Source: Candidatus Omnitrophota bacterium (lineage in GTDB: Bacteria; Omnitrophota; Gorgyraeia; Gygaellales; Profunditerraquicolaceae). Taken from it: a stretch of 64,000 nucleotides of DNA. The stretch lies in contig JAPLLX010000004.1 of assembly GCA_026387335.1 (NCBI GenBank), positions 77,955-141,954 of the forward strand, read 5' to 3'. A program made the position numbers and the translations under genes. The notes under the pieces are model-generated. The model did not search any database, was not told the DNA's origin, and saw only the letters and a program-made list of their open reading frames with translations. How positions within the stretch are numbered: the stretch's first letter is position 1; each line of letters starts with the position of its first letter. Shown one piece after another: positions 20,027 to 29,842 of the stretch.

Positions 20027-21886
20027 TCATTTTGCCAAAGCCATGAACTTCCTTAAATAAACCATCAAAATTGATATTGCCGCCGGAGTCACCCCGGATA
20101 TGCGCGAGGCTTGGCCCAGGTTAAGCGGCTTGAGTTTATCCAGCTTCTCTTTTGTTTCCCGCGAAAGGCTGGGTATTTTTGTATAATCAAGCGCGGCGGG
20201 GATTTTGATTTTTTCCAGATTCTTAAATTTCTCCACATCCTTTAACTGCCGCTGAATAAACCCCTTATATTTTACCTCAATTTCAACCTCTTTAGCAATA
20301 GCGAATTCCGGGAGACTGACCCAAGACCGGATATCGTTTAAACTCACCTGCGGCCTTTTCAGCAACTCTTCCAGGGTCACTTCCTTCTTTAACCAAGCTG
20401 TATTCAGGAGAGCCAATGCCGCGTTAATTTTTGCAGACGGTTGTATCCGGGTATTTTTAAGGAATTTTATCCCTTTAGCGGTATCTTCAATCTTTTTCTG
20501 CGCCAGCTTATAACTTTCTTTGTCCAATAATCCTAAGTCATATCCTATTTTACTTAAACGCGTATCCGCGTTATCTTCACGTAAGATCAGGCGGTATTCT
20601 ACCCGGGAGGTAAACATCCTATACGGCTCATTTGTGCCTTTAGTAGTCAAATCATCAATTAAAACTCCTAGATAACTGGAGGCGCGGTCTAAAATGAGTG
20701 GCTCCTTTTTCCTTATTTTTAATGCCGCGTTAATTCCGGCAAGCAAACCTTGAGCTGCCGCCTCTTCATAACCGGTAGTCCCGTTAATTTGACCGGCTAA
20801 ATATAAATTCTTTACCAGCTTGGTCTCTAACGTAGGATACAACTGGGTGGGTTCAGCCATAAAATACTCTATACCGTAACCAAAACGGATTACCTTGGCC
20901 TCCTCTAATCCCTCGATAGAACGAATCATCTTAAGCTGGACATCTTCAGGCAAGCTGGTGGAAAGGCCATTAGGATAGACTTCATCCGTACTTAACCCCT
21001 GCGGCTCCAAGAACACTTGATGCCTCAATTTATCTTTGAACTTAACAATTTTATCTTCGATTGACGGGCAGTAGCGCACGCCGGTAGCCTTAATTATCCC
21101 TGAATAAAGCGGTGAACGATCCAAGTTCTCCAGAATAATCTTATGCGTCTGTGGGTTAGTGTAGGTGATATGGCAGGGAATTTGTTCCTGCGCAAGCTTT
21201 ATTGTTGAAAACGCAAACGGGCTGGGCGGATTATCGCCATATTGAATTATAAGTTTAGAATAATCTATTGTCTTTTTGTCCAGGCGCGGGCAGGTTCCGG
21301 TTTTAAACCTTAAGAGGTTAAACCCAAAAGACTTCAAATTATCAGCCAAGCCAATTGCCGCGCGTTCGTTAAGGCGGCCACCGCTATGGTGTTCTAAACC
21401 TATATGAATTAAACCGTCTAAAAAAGTTCCGGGAGAAAGTACCAACGCGCTCGCCCTGATCTCCTCATCTTTAGCGGTGACGACACCTCTGACCTGATTA
21501 TCCGTAACAATTAACTTCTTAGCTTCTCCTTCTTTGACCTCTAAGTTAGGAATATGCGTAACCAACTCTTGCATATGCCGATTATACAAATCCAAATCAA
21601 TCTGAGCCCGCGAAGACTGCACTGCCCGGCCCTTGGAAGCATTAAGAATTCTGAATTGTATACCGCAGGCATCAGCTGCGCGAGCCATCTGGCCGCCTAA
21701 AGCGTCAATTTCTTTGACCAGCTGGCCCTTGCCGACTCCTCCGATTGCCGGGTTACAGCTCATGCGTCCGATAGAATGAATATCCATCGTCAGCATAAGC
21801 GTTTTACAGCCCATTCGCGCGCTCGCCAATGCCGCTTCAATTCCCGCATGCCCCGCGCCCACCACTATAACATCGTAACTGTTCAT
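20027..21886 (-). CDS. mnmG: tRNA uridine-5-carboxymethylaminomethyl modification enzyme MnmG (GidA)
   Basis: 619 aa; N-terminal FAD-binding DVIVVGAGHAG and MnmG-specific conserved blocks. Confidence 0.9.
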   Translation of the reverse strand: MNSYDVIVVGAGHAGIEAALASARMGCKTLMLTMDIHSIGRMSCNPAIGGVGKGQLVKEIDALGGQMARAADACGIQFRILNASKGRAVQSSRAQIDLDLYNRHMQELVTHIPNLEVKEGEAKKLIVTDNQVRGVVTAKDEEIRASALVLSPGTFLDGLIHIGLEHHSGGRLNERAAIGLADNLKSFGFNLLRFKTGTCPRLDKKTIDYSKLIIQYGDNPPSPFAFSTIKLAQEQIPCHITYTNPQTHKIILENLDRSPLYSGIIKATGVRYCPSIEDKIVKFKDKLRHQVFLEPQGLSTDEVYPNGLSTSLPEDVQLKMIRSIEGLEEAKVIRFGYGIEYFMAEPTQLYPTLETKLVKNLYLAGQINGTTGYEEAAAQGLLAGINAALKIRKKEPLILDRASSYLGVLIDDLTTKGTNEPYRMFTSRVEYRLILREDNADTRLSKIGYDLGLLDKESYKLAQKKIEDTAKGIKFLKNTRIQPSAKINAALALLNTAWLKKEVTLEELLKRPQVSLNDIRSWVSLPEFAIAKEVEIEVKYKGFIQRQLKDVEKFKNLEKIKIPAALDYTKIPSLSRETKEKLDKLKPLNLGQASRISGVTPAAISILMVYLRKFMALAK

Positions 21887-21896
21887 CTTCTAAATC

Positions 21897-21911
21897 AGGG
21901 ACGGTTCTCAA
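21897..21911. repeat. Left inverted repeat AGGGACGGTTCTCAA (with hairpin 21897-21931 followed by T7)
   Basis: Exact reverse complement of 22484-22498. Confidence 0.7.
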
Positions 21912-21987
21912 GCCAAAGCAAAAGCGTCCCTTTTTTTATGTTAGAAATCAGTAAATTATGCGTCTATTGTACTAGGAGGTGGTAAAT

Positions 21988-22464
21988 ATGCCAAGAACAG
22001 CAAGAATTACCGTAGAAAATGGTTGTTATCATATTATCACAAGAGGAAATCAGAAACAATCTGTTTTCCTAAAGCCTCATGATTACGAAAAATATTTAAG
22101 CTTTCTTATGAGATATAAGAAGAAGTTCAAATTTAAGTTATACTGCTTTTGTTTAATGCCTAATCATGTGCACCTTATCATTGAGTTAAATAATCCTTCT
22201 ATTCTCAATAGAATTATGCGTGGTTTAAATTTAAGCTATACTCGATATTTTAATTTCAAATATAAAAAGGTTGGACACCTCTGGCAGGACCGATTCAAGA
22301 GTAAAATCATAGAAAAGGATGCTTACCTTTTAGAATGCATAAACTATGTCGAATCTAACCCAGTAAGAGCATCCTTGTCATCACACATAAATGAATATGG
22401 TTGGAGTAGTTATAATTTTAGGGGGACAAACAACGAACTAGTTGACAGTCTATTTTCTTTGTAG
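21988..22464 (+). CDS. REP-associated tyrosine transposase (IS200-like HuH Y1 transposase)
   Basis: HuH motif NHVHLIIE; HLWQDRF and YVESNPVRASL (RAYT Tyr helix) motifs; ATG at 21988 preceded by AGGAGG at 21974-21979 (tracker start at 21979 is an upstream GTG). Confidence 0.8.
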   Translation: MPRTARITVENGCYHIITRGNQKQSVFLKPHDYEKYLSFLMRYKKKFKFKLYCFCLMPNHVHLIIELNNPSILNRIMRGLNLSYTRYFNFKYKKVGHLWQDRFKSKIIEKDAYLLECINYVESNPVRASLSSHINEYGWSSYNFRGTNNELVDSLFSL

Positions 22465-22483
22465 GGGACGCTTTACGATTGAG

Positions 22484-22498
22484 TTGAGAACCGTCCCT
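22484..22498. repeat. Right inverted repeat TTGAGAACCGTCCCT (within hairpin 22465-22497)
   Basis: Exact reverse complement of 21897-21911. Confidence 0.7.
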
Positions 22499-22500
22499 GA

Positions 22501-23784
22501 TTATTCTTTGGCGAGCTTTATTAGGAAGGGTAGGATCTGGCGGCCAAGCATCTCTCCGATTGAGCCAAGCTTAGCTGCTTTTTCGGAAAAACTCATTGAG
22601 CCATCCGGTTTGATATTCCCGCCGCAGACAAGCAGAGGGACCGGATCCGCGGTATGCGCCTTGACTGCGCAAACAGTAGAGTGATCCGCGGTTATCGCGA
22701 TAATCGTATTAGCCAGGTCTATTTTACTTAAAAGGCTGGAGAAGAAATATTTGTCAATCGCCTCTATGCTTTCTTTCTTCTTCTGAAAATCCCCATCGTG
22801 CGCCGGCTCATCCGGGCCTTTAATATGCACATAAATCCCGTCATATTTTTGGATGGAGTCCAGGGCGATCTTGGCCCAGACAGGATAATCCACATCCAGG
22901 TGGCCGCTGGACTGCGGGACATCAATAATATCAATTCCCGTTAAGAGGGCGATCCCCTTTTCAACCGGCATCTGCACAAACGAACCGAATCTTAAATTAA
23001 ATTCTTCCTGAATTGGAGGAAATTTCGGCAGATGGTCTCCGGCATCTCTTGATAAAATTAAATTCCCGGGCATTTTGCCTTCGCTTATCCTTTTCTTATT
23101 TATCGCTGCCGCATTTAAAACCTGCATTGACTTCTCGGTAAACTCATTAAGCAGTTTAGCCGCTTCCTGGGCTTCCGGAGAGTTTTCATACCCGGGCATA
23201 GCTTCCGAAACCGCGACTATATTTTCAAATTTCTCTTTGGCTACCCCAAATACGCCCTCGCGGTCGTAAGCAGGGTCAGTATTAGTGATCCAGCCGGATA
23301 ATTTCTGATGCATGCCTCTGATCACTAAAATACCGCGGTGGCCGATCGTGCTTTTAAATTCAAAAGTAGCGCTGGAAAGCGTGACTTTAGAATTAATTTC
23401 TTTAGCTAAAGCTACCGCTTCCTCGGTAGTCAAATTCCTGCCCACCCGCCTGTCTTTAATAGTCTTTCCGTCTTCAGCGACTGTAGCAAAATTTACGCGG
23501 AAAGCCACATCCCCGTCATTGACTTCTAATCCTTCGGCGAATGATTCTAAGGGCCCGCGGCCGGTATAATATTTATGCGCGTCATACCCCAGCAAGCTTA
23601 TTACCGCGATATCCGATTCAGGAGCAATACCCTTACCGACAGGATAAACTATGCCGGTCTGGCCGATTTGGGCAAGGCGATCCATATTTGGGGTAAGCGC
23701 TGCCTCAAGCGGCGTCTTATCGCCTAACTGTTTTAAAGGCAGATCTCCTAAACCATCCAAAACTATATATAATATTTTTTTCAT
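22501..23784 (-). CDS. apgM: 2,3-bisphosphoglycerate-independent phosphoglycerate mutase, archaeal type
   Basis: 427 aa; alkaline-phosphatase-superfamily metal ligands; ApgM-like N-terminus (LDGLGD). Confidence 0.75.
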   Translation of the reverse strand: MKKILYIVLDGLGDLPLKQLGDKTPLEAALTPNMDRLAQIGQTGIVYPVGKGIAPESDIAVISLLGYDAHKYYTGRGPLESFAEGLEVNDGDVAFRVNFATVAEDGKTIKDRRVGRNLTTEEAVALAKEINSKVTLSSATFEFKSTIGHRGILVIRGMHQKLSGWITNTDPAYDREGVFGVAKEKFENIVAVSEAMPGYENSPEAQEAAKLLNEFTEKSMQVLNAAAINKKRISEGKMPGNLILSRDAGDHLPKFPPIQEEFNLRFGSFVQMPVEKGIALLTGIDIIDVPQSSGHLDVDYPVWAKIALDSIQKYDGIYVHIKGPDEPAHDGDFQKKKESIEAIDKYFFSSLLSKIDLANTIIAITADHSTVCAVKAHTADPVPLLVCGGNIKPDGSMSFSEKAAKLGSIGEMLGRQILPFLIKLAKE

Positions 23785-23785
23785 C

Positions 23786-26098
23786 TTAGCACTTTGAGAA
23801 ACCGCAGGCGTGGCACTTCATACAACCTTCTTCGTGGCGCAGAGCTCCTCCGCAGTCAGGGCATACTCCGACAATATCTCCCCCTGAAGAATTACCTGTA
23901 TCAGAAACAACCGGCTCATCATCATACGAATGTTTCATCGGAATAGACGTAGCCTCTAGGGTCGCTTTTACCGTTTGCTTATTTACCAGCCTGCGTTCAA
24001 CCACGCGGGCAATAGCATCGGCGCAGGAAAATATACGCTGCCCCTTTTCCCAGGAAGGTGAAGGGCAACGGATATTGCGTAACTGCTCCATAATGGATTT
24101 AACTTCGATTCCGGCGCGAAAAGCCAAAGAAACTAAACGTCCGATAGCTTCCAATTGGCTCGCGGCGCAACCGCCAGCCTTACCCATCTGAGTAAATAAC
24201 TCAAACGGCCTTCCTTCTTCATCCACATTTATCGTGACATAAAGATTCCCACAGCCAGTGGAGACTTTGGTCGTGGTCCCGATAATGACTTCCGGCCGCG
24301 GCCGGGGAGCAATCTCTTTCTTAGAATCCACGAGGGTAAGATTTTGAGACTTTGCGTCTTTCTTTTGCTCAGAAGAACCGATATTTAAAACCTGCTCTTC
24401 GCGGGATTTATCCCGATAAACCGTAATACCCTTACAATCTAACTGATAAGCCAATAAATAAGCCTTGCGCACATCTTCAACTGAAGCATCGTGAGGAAAA
24501 TTTATGGTCTTGGAGGTGGCGTTATGCACATATTTCTGAAATGCCGCCTGCATGCGCACGTGCCATTCGGGGGCTATATCATGCGCGGTAACAAATACCC
24601 TCTTTACATCTTCGGGCACGCCTTCAATATGCTGGATTGAGCCGCTCTCGGCGATCTTCTCCATTAATTCCCGGCTATAAAATCCTCTATCTTTGGCCAC
24701 CTCTTCAAACAAGGGTTCAACTTCCACTAATTTATCATTATCCATAACATTACGGTAATAGGATATGGCAAATAAGGGTTCAATTCCCGAAGAACAGGGG
24801 CCGGCTATAATACTTATGGTCCCGGTAGGGGCGATGGTCGTAAGTGTGGCGTTACGCATCCGGGTTGTGCCGTCTTTACGGTCATAAATACTCCCTTTAA
24901 AAGCGGGGAATGTGCCTTTAGACTTACCTAATTCCAAAGATTTCTTGGTGGCTTCATTCAGGATAAACGACATTACTTTTTCCGCTAAGGCAACCGCCTC
25001 ATCGCTATTATAAGGAATATTCAGGCGGATCAATAGGCTTGCCCAACCCATAACGCCCAGTCCGATTTTACGCGTGGCTTTGGTCGCCTTTTCAATTTGC
25101 GGCAGCGGGAATTTATTTACATCGATTAAGTTGTCCAGGAAGTGCACGGCCAACCGCGTAACCTCTTTTATTTTATCCCAATCAATTTCATAGCGCCCGT
25201 TTGTTCTTTTGCACATCTGGTCTAAGTTTAGAGAACCCAGGTCGCAGCTTTCATAAGGAAGGAGGACTTGCTCGCCGCAAGGATTAGTTGACTCATATTT
25301 TCCAAGTTTCGGCGTAGGGTTAAATTCATTCATCCGGTCAATAAAAATAATCCCCGGTTCTCCGTTTTTATGCGCCTGCTTGACCACTAAATCAAATACT
25401 TCTTTAGAACTGACTTGTTTTACGGGTTTATGCGTATGGGGATCGATCAAATCGTAATTTTCGCCCTTCTCAAGCTTGCGCATGAATTCATCAGTCATCG
25501 CGATAGATATGTTGAAATTAGTAATCTGCTTGTTATTTTCTTTGCAGGTGGAAAATTCCATGACATCCGGATGGTCGACCCTTAAGATCCCCATATTCGC
25601 TCCCCGGCGGGTCCCTCCCTGTTTTACCGCTTCGGTTGCCGCGTCATATACACGCATAAATGAAATGGGCCCGGAGGCGATGCCGCCGGTTGTCTTCACC
25701 ACAGCGTTCTTCGGGCGCAGGCGCGAGAAAGAAAATCCCGTGCCGCCGCCGGATTTATGGATCATCGCCGTAGTTTTTAAACTTTCAAAAATAGATTCCA
25801 TGGAGTCTTCAATCGGCAGGACGAAACAAGCGCTCAGCTGCCCCATATCTTTTCCGGCATTCATAAGGCAGGGAGAGTTAGGCAGAAACTCTAAGGAGCT
25901 CATCGCCCGGTAAAAATCATCTTCTAACTTCCGGATCTCTTTTTCACTTCCGCCGTAAAACTTATCCGCTACCGCTATAGCTTGGGCAACGCGCCTGAAT
26001 AATTCTTCGGGTGTCTCAATTGTTTTACCTTCCTCATCTTTCTTGAGATACCTCCTCTTTAAAACCGTTAAGGCGTTTTCAGATAGTTTGAGGTTCAT
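23786..26098 (-). CDS. nrdJ: Adenosylcobalamin-dependent ribonucleotide reductase (class II)
   Basis: 770 aa; class II RNR conserved blocks, C-terminal CxxC...CxxC zinc-ribbon tail. Confidence 0.85.
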   Translation of the reverse strand: MNLKLSENALTVLKRRYLKKDEEGKTIETPEELFRRVAQAIAVADKFYGGSEKEIRKLEDDFYRAMSSLEFLPNSPCLMNAGKDMGQLSACFVLPIEDSMESIFESLKTTAMIHKSGGGTGFSFSRLRPKNAVVKTTGGIASGPISFMRVYDAATEAVKQGGTRRGANMGILRVDHPDVMEFSTCKENNKQITNFNISIAMTDEFMRKLEKGENYDLIDPHTHKPVKQVSSKEVFDLVVKQAHKNGEPGIIFIDRMNEFNPTPKLGKYESTNPCGEQVLLPYESCDLGSLNLDQMCKRTNGRYEIDWDKIKEVTRLAVHFLDNLIDVNKFPLPQIEKATKATRKIGLGVMGWASLLIRLNIPYNSDEAVALAEKVMSFILNEATKKSLELGKSKGTFPAFKGSIYDRKDGTTRMRNATLTTIAPTGTISIIAGPCSSGIEPLFAISYYRNVMDNDKLVEVEPLFEEVAKDRGFYSRELMEKIAESGSIQHIEGVPEDVKRVFVTAHDIAPEWHVRMQAAFQKYVHNATSKTINFPHDASVEDVRKAYLLAYQLDCKGITVYRDKSREEQVLNIGSSEQKKDAKSQNLTLVDSKKEIAPRPRPEVIIGTTTKVSTGCGNLYVTINVDEEGRPFELFTQMGKAGGCAASQLEAIGRLVSLAFRAGIEVKSIMEQLRNIRCPSPSWEKGQRIFSCADAIARVVERRLVNKQTVKATLEATSIPMKHSYDDEPVVSDTGNSSGGDIVGVCPDCGGALRHEEGCMKCHACGFSKC

Positions 26099-26192
26099 TT
26101 TTTTAAGTCTCCTTTAGAAAAAAAATAAAAAGTCCGCTTTGATTTGAACAAGCAATAATAACACGCCTTCACGTTTCTTGTCAATGAAAAAT

Positions 26193-26238
26193 TACAATAT
26201 ATTGTATGATTAGTTTTAAGCTTATACAATGGATTGTG
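26193..26238. promoter_or_regulatory. Candidate tandem NrdR boxes upstream of nrdJ
   Basis: Palindrome TACAATATATTGTA (26193-26206) matches the NrdR core CwAtATaTwG; second half-conserved box TACAATGGATTGTG (26225-26238); centres 32 bp apart; 95-140 bp upstream of nrdJ. Confidence 0.45.
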
Positions 26239-26246
26239 TTCAGAGC

Positions 26247-27275
26247 TTACTTTATTGTCCGGCAGGATTCCCGTACCACTAACTCCGTCGGAAGAATTAT
26301 TTTTTTAACCGCTTCCCCTTTAGGGGACTTCATTAAGCGGTTTAATTCCTTGACTCCTTCTTCGGCCATCTTAATCAAAGGCTGCCTTACGGTGGTTAAA
26401 GCTACCGGCCCGTATAGCCCTGAAGGATTATCATCAAATCCTACAATAGATAAATCTTGCGGAATATTTTTCCCCAATTCCCTGGCTACCGCCATTACCT
26501 CCAGGGCCATAGAATCCGAGGCCACAAATACAGCGGTAGGAGGCTCGGGAATTTTAAATAATTTCTCGGCGGCCTGTCGCGCCTGCCCCCGGGAATAATC
26601 CGTTTTAAATATATATTCTTCTTTTACCGGTATATGTTTTTTCCTTAACTCGGCCACATAGCCTTCCAGGCGTTTGGCCGCGGCCTGAGTAGCTATATCT
26701 CCGCTTATATGGGCTATTCTTTCATGACCCAGGCTGACTAAGTAATCAACCGCGCTCCTGGCTCCGCCGGAATTATCGATAGCTACACAGCTTACCGGTA
26801 GATCCTCAACGTAATTATTAATCACCACGCAGGGGATATCCAGTTTCAGGGCATCTTCGATCTGAAAGCGGGTGCCGATTATATCCGAAAAAATTACCCC
26901 TCCCACCCCTCTTAAATTAAGCGGCTCCTTGGTGTGGCTATCGGTCAAATGCAATAGTAGATCCAGTTTAAATGCTTCGCAGAGTGTACCGGTCGCGCGG
27001 ATCAGTTCCAAAGCGTAGAACGAATAAAAAACCCCTTCATAACGGGGAATAAGCAGAGCGACCACATTGCTTTTACCTGTGGCTAACCTCTGGGCAAATA
27101 TGGAAGGCTGGAATTTTAATTCTTTTACGGCGTTGACTACCTTGGCGCGGTTTTTTTCCTTTACCGCTCCCACTTTGTTAATCACGCGCGATACCGTGGT
27201 TATGGAGACTCCGGCGAGGCGGGCGACGTCGGTAATGGATTTATTCCCGGAAGGAGTTTTCTTGGTGCGCGTCAT
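26247..27275 (-). CDS. LacI family transcriptional regulator
   Basis: 342 aa; N-terminal HTH_LacI (ITDVARLAGVSITTVSRVIN) plus periplasmic-binding-like sugar domain. Confidence 0.85.
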   Translation of the reverse strand: MTRTKKTPSGNKSITDVARLAGVSITTVSRVINKVGAVKEKNRAKVVNAVKELKFQPSIFAQRLATGKSNVVALLIPRYEGVFYSFYALELIRATGTLCEAFKLDLLLHLTDSHTKEPLNLRGVGGVIFSDIIGTRFQIEDALKLDIPCVVINNYVEDLPVSCVAIDNSGGARSAVDYLVSLGHERIAHISGDIATQAAAKRLEGYVAELRKKHIPVKEEYIFKTDYSRGQARQAAEKLFKIPEPPTAVFVASDSMALEVMAVARELGKNIPQDLSIVGFDDNPSGLYGPVALTTVRQPLIKMAEEGVKELNRLMKSPKGEAVKKIILPTELVVRESCRTIK

Positions 27276-28444
27276 TTAACTATATCGCCGATTTTAATCG
27301 GATCAGCTTCTCTTTTTATATCGCAGGCGGAGATATTGCGCCGGATCTGAATTGCCTCAATACCGGCAATGGCCCTCTCTCCTCTATATACTTTAAGGGT
27401 ATCTCCGATTTTTAGGCCGGCGTCCTGACCTAGATCTACAATAACAAAATTATTATCCCTGTTCACCGCCAAAACCTTGCCTACTACGCTAGCCTCAGCG
27501 TTTCCTGCCTTTAGCGCTGATGAATCCGGCTGCGGCCGCACGACTATTGCCGGTAACTCAACTGAATCTTTCTTCTCCTGCTTATTGAAGTATTCTGTCT
27601 TGGCCCCGCTTTTAATGCTGTCGATGCGCTGCTTAAGGCCGCCTATCTGAGTAACTCCTTCGGTAAGCATTATTTCCATCTCCGAGAGCCGGCGGGCTAA
27701 CTCATCCTTGCTTTCCTTAAGTTCCTGGACCCTTTTCTCTAAACTTATCTTGCGGGAATTAAGGCCCTGAAGTTCCCGGCTTAAGGCCGCGTTTTCATTC
27801 TTGATCGTCTTATAATTATCCTGGATCTGGGTCTTATCATTTTTCTCTCTGACCAATTCCTGAGCCAGGCTATCCATCAATTTCTGGTTGTACTCAAACT
27901 GCCGTTTTAAATCCGTATTTTCCCTTTTAAGGTTATTCAGGTCCAGCACCAGGCTGTTCTTCTCTCTCTGCACCTGTTCGTTGGCTATCTGTAATGATTT
28001 AAAATCGTCGCGTAAGGAGCTGATCTGTAATTCCAACTCTCCCTTTGTTTTCAATACCTCGGCCCAATAAGCGTCATTAGTTTGCGGGAGAGCCGATTCT
28101 TCCTGACGCGAGGCTGATGATTCTATTTGCGAGGCTTGTTCCTTTAATTGCTTGGCTAACTCTTCTTTGGCCTTATTCGCTTCTTCGTATTTATTTTCCA
28201 ACTCCTGTTTCTGTTGAGTAACATTCTCAAAATCCTTATTTAAAGAGGTTATCTTACTTTCATAACCGCGCAGGGAGCTGGTCAGCTTATCCACCTTGAC
28301 ATTGAGAGTCGTATTCTCGGTTTTTAAATCATCCCTCTCGCGTATAAGATTCTGCCGGACACTGAACGCCTGCACAAAAAGAATAAGGCAAACTAACGTA
28401 AATATAGCAAGGCCGATAATAATGAACTTTGCCTTCTGCTCCAT
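27272..28444 (-). CDS. Membrane-anchored coiled-coil protein, unknown function
   Basis: 390 aa; N-terminal TM helix, about 250-aa heptad-rich coiled coil, small C-terminal beta-rich domain. Confidence 0.5.
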   Translation of the reverse strand: MEQKAKFIIIGLAIFTLVCLILFVQAFSVRQNLIRERDDLKTENTTLNVKVDKLTSSLRGYESKITSLNKDFENVTQQKQELENKYEEANKAKEELAKQLKEQASQIESSASRQEESALPQTNDAYWAEVLKTKGELELQISSLRDDFKSLQIANEQVQREKNSLVLDLNNLKRENTDLKRQFEYNQKLMDSLAQELVREKNDKTQIQDNYKTIKNENAALSRELQGLNSRKISLEKRVQELKESKDELARRLSEMEIMLTEGVTQIGGLKQRIDSIKSGAKTEYFNKQEKKDSVELPAIVVRPQPDSSALKAGNAEASVVGKVLAVNRDNNFVIVDLGQDAGLKIGDTLKVYRGERAIAGIEAIQIRRNISACDIKREADPIKIGDIVK

Positions 28445-28510
28445 TTAGATTCTCCTCCTTGTCCACAGGGACACACCGGCGCAATACCAATTAGCGCCGG
28501 GTGTTACGGA

Positions 28511-29743
28511 TTATAACTGCGCAAAGACCCTTTGCATTACCAAACTTGCCGCTCCAAAAGCAACAGCATTCTCTCTGAGCTGAGAATAAAATATCTTTAA
28601 GTCTTCCGCTGATTCCCTGAAAGCCCAGTCTTTAACCGTAGAACTGACTTTCTTTAAGAACTCCTCGCCGGCCTCTTCCAGGCCTCCGCCTATGACAACT
28701 ACTTCCGGATTAAGCAGATTGACTAAAGAAGCGATTTTAATCCCGAGCATCTTCCCGGCTTTATCCAAAGCTTCACAAGCTGTACTGTTTCTCGCCCGGG
28801 CGGCGCTAAATACATTCTTCAAATTTATATTTTCTATAGGGACAGAGGTAAGCTTAATAAACTCTTGCTCCTTCTCTTTGTCCTTAAGTAAATTTTTCTT
28901 TACCTCTTCAACGATCCCTAAGTCTATATCCCAGCGTTTAAGAAAACAGGAATTCCCGGCCTTACAATTAAAATCATCCTGCTCTTTGTAATTATAAACC
29001 GAGGTTTCCCCGGCATACCCAAGTGCCCCGCGGTAGACCTCGCCATTGATCATTATACCGCAGCCTACTCCGGAGAACATATAAATAACGTTTTTATAAC
29101 CCTGCTCTAAATGCAGCCAGTGCTCGCCGAAACAGGCGCTGGTCGCGTCATTCTCAACCAAGGTGGGCAGATTAAACTCTTTCTCCATCAGGGCCCTTAA
29201 CGGCACATCCAGCGTCGCATAGGTATAATAATGGTCGGTCTTCTGCGGCCAATGTATAAGGCCATTGCCTTTATTGATCAAGCCGGCTATCCCTACGCCG
29301 ATACCCTGGATATTGGCGGTATATTCTTTTGAGCGCCGCAATATTTCACGCACAATATCCAAGACGCATTCCGAGATTTCTTTAACCGTTGGCTGGGGCC
29401 GAGCGCTTTGAGTCTTGGTGATTATGTTCCCTTTTAGGTCCACCAGGAGTCCGACCATACTCATAAGGTTCAGGCCCACTCCGATAACAAAACCCGCTTG
29501 CGGATTGAGATCCAAAAGGACCGGCCTTCTGCCGCCCTCAGAAACATCCAGATCTTTTTCAAAGACCAGATTATGTCTTATGAATTCATCAATATAGCTG
29601 GATATGGTTACGACATTTATACCCATATCCCGCGAAATATCCGGACGGCTTATGGGCCCGCGCTTCCTTAATATATCCAAAATCTCTATATTGCGTTTCT
29701 CTTTTTCGCTAAGTACTTCTTTTTGTAAGTCTATCTCACGCAT
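28511..29743 (-). CDS. ROK family transcriptional regulator (NagC/XylR-like)
   Basis: 410 aa; N-terminal winged HTH, ROK sugar-kinase-like fold with Cys/His-rich zinc region. Confidence 0.8.
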   Translation of the reverse strand: MREIDLQKEVLSEKEKRNIEILDILRKRGPISRPDISRDMGINVVTISSYIDEFIRHNLVFEKDLDVSEGGRRPVLLDLNPQAGFVIGVGLNLMSMVGLLVDLKGNIITKTQSARPQPTVKEISECVLDIVREILRRSKEYTANIQGIGVGIAGLINKGNGLIHWPQKTDHYYTYATLDVPLRALMEKEFNLPTLVENDATSACFGEHWLHLEQGYKNVIYMFSGVGCGIMINGEVYRGALGYAGETSVYNYKEQDDFNCKAGNSCFLKRWDIDLGIVEEVKKNLLKDKEKEQEFIKLTSVPIENINLKNVFSAARARNSTACEALDKAGKMLGIKIASLVNLLNPEVVVIGGGLEEAGEEFLKKVSSTVKDWAFRESAEDLKIFYSQLRENAVAFGAASLVMQRVFAQL

Positions 29744-29842
29744 AAATGCGCAATCCTTTTTCCGTGGCGATTATTCTTAGTTATTTATACTACCAATCAG
29801 ATTATAAGTCAAGTAATTTTAACGGGTAAGAAAGAAAGGCGG

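Larger units (their letters stand above)
21897..22498 (+). mobile_element. REP-associated tyrosine transposase element (REPtron-like), single copy
   Basis: RAYT gene bracketed by perfect 15-bp inverted repeats, each containing a GGGACG/CGTCCC hairpin; inserted exactly between mnmG start and apgM stop. Confidence 0.6.

Noticed and set aside
21897-21938. Hairpin plus T7 at 21897-21938 as a plain intrinsic terminator
   Set aside because: It is oriented for plus-strand termination, where nothing upstream is transcribed. The same stem and a 15-bp arm recur inverted at the other side of the transposase. It is better explained as an element end or REP-like hairpin, possibly doubling as insulation.
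21979-21987. GTG start for the RAYT gene
   Set aside because: An ATG at 21988 has an AGGAGG Shine-Dalgarno sequence at the ideal spacing. The GTG would overlap the RBS.
26206-26598. 130-aa plus-strand ORF that spans the nrdJ-lacI intergenic region into lacI
   Set aside because: It overlaps lacI antisense and the candidate NrdR boxes. It has no homology signal.
27272-28444. Coiled-coil membrane protein as a flagellar (FliH/FliL-like) or EnvC-like factor
   Set aside because: No LytM or flagellar signature motifs are recognisable. It is left as a coiled-coil protein of unknown function.
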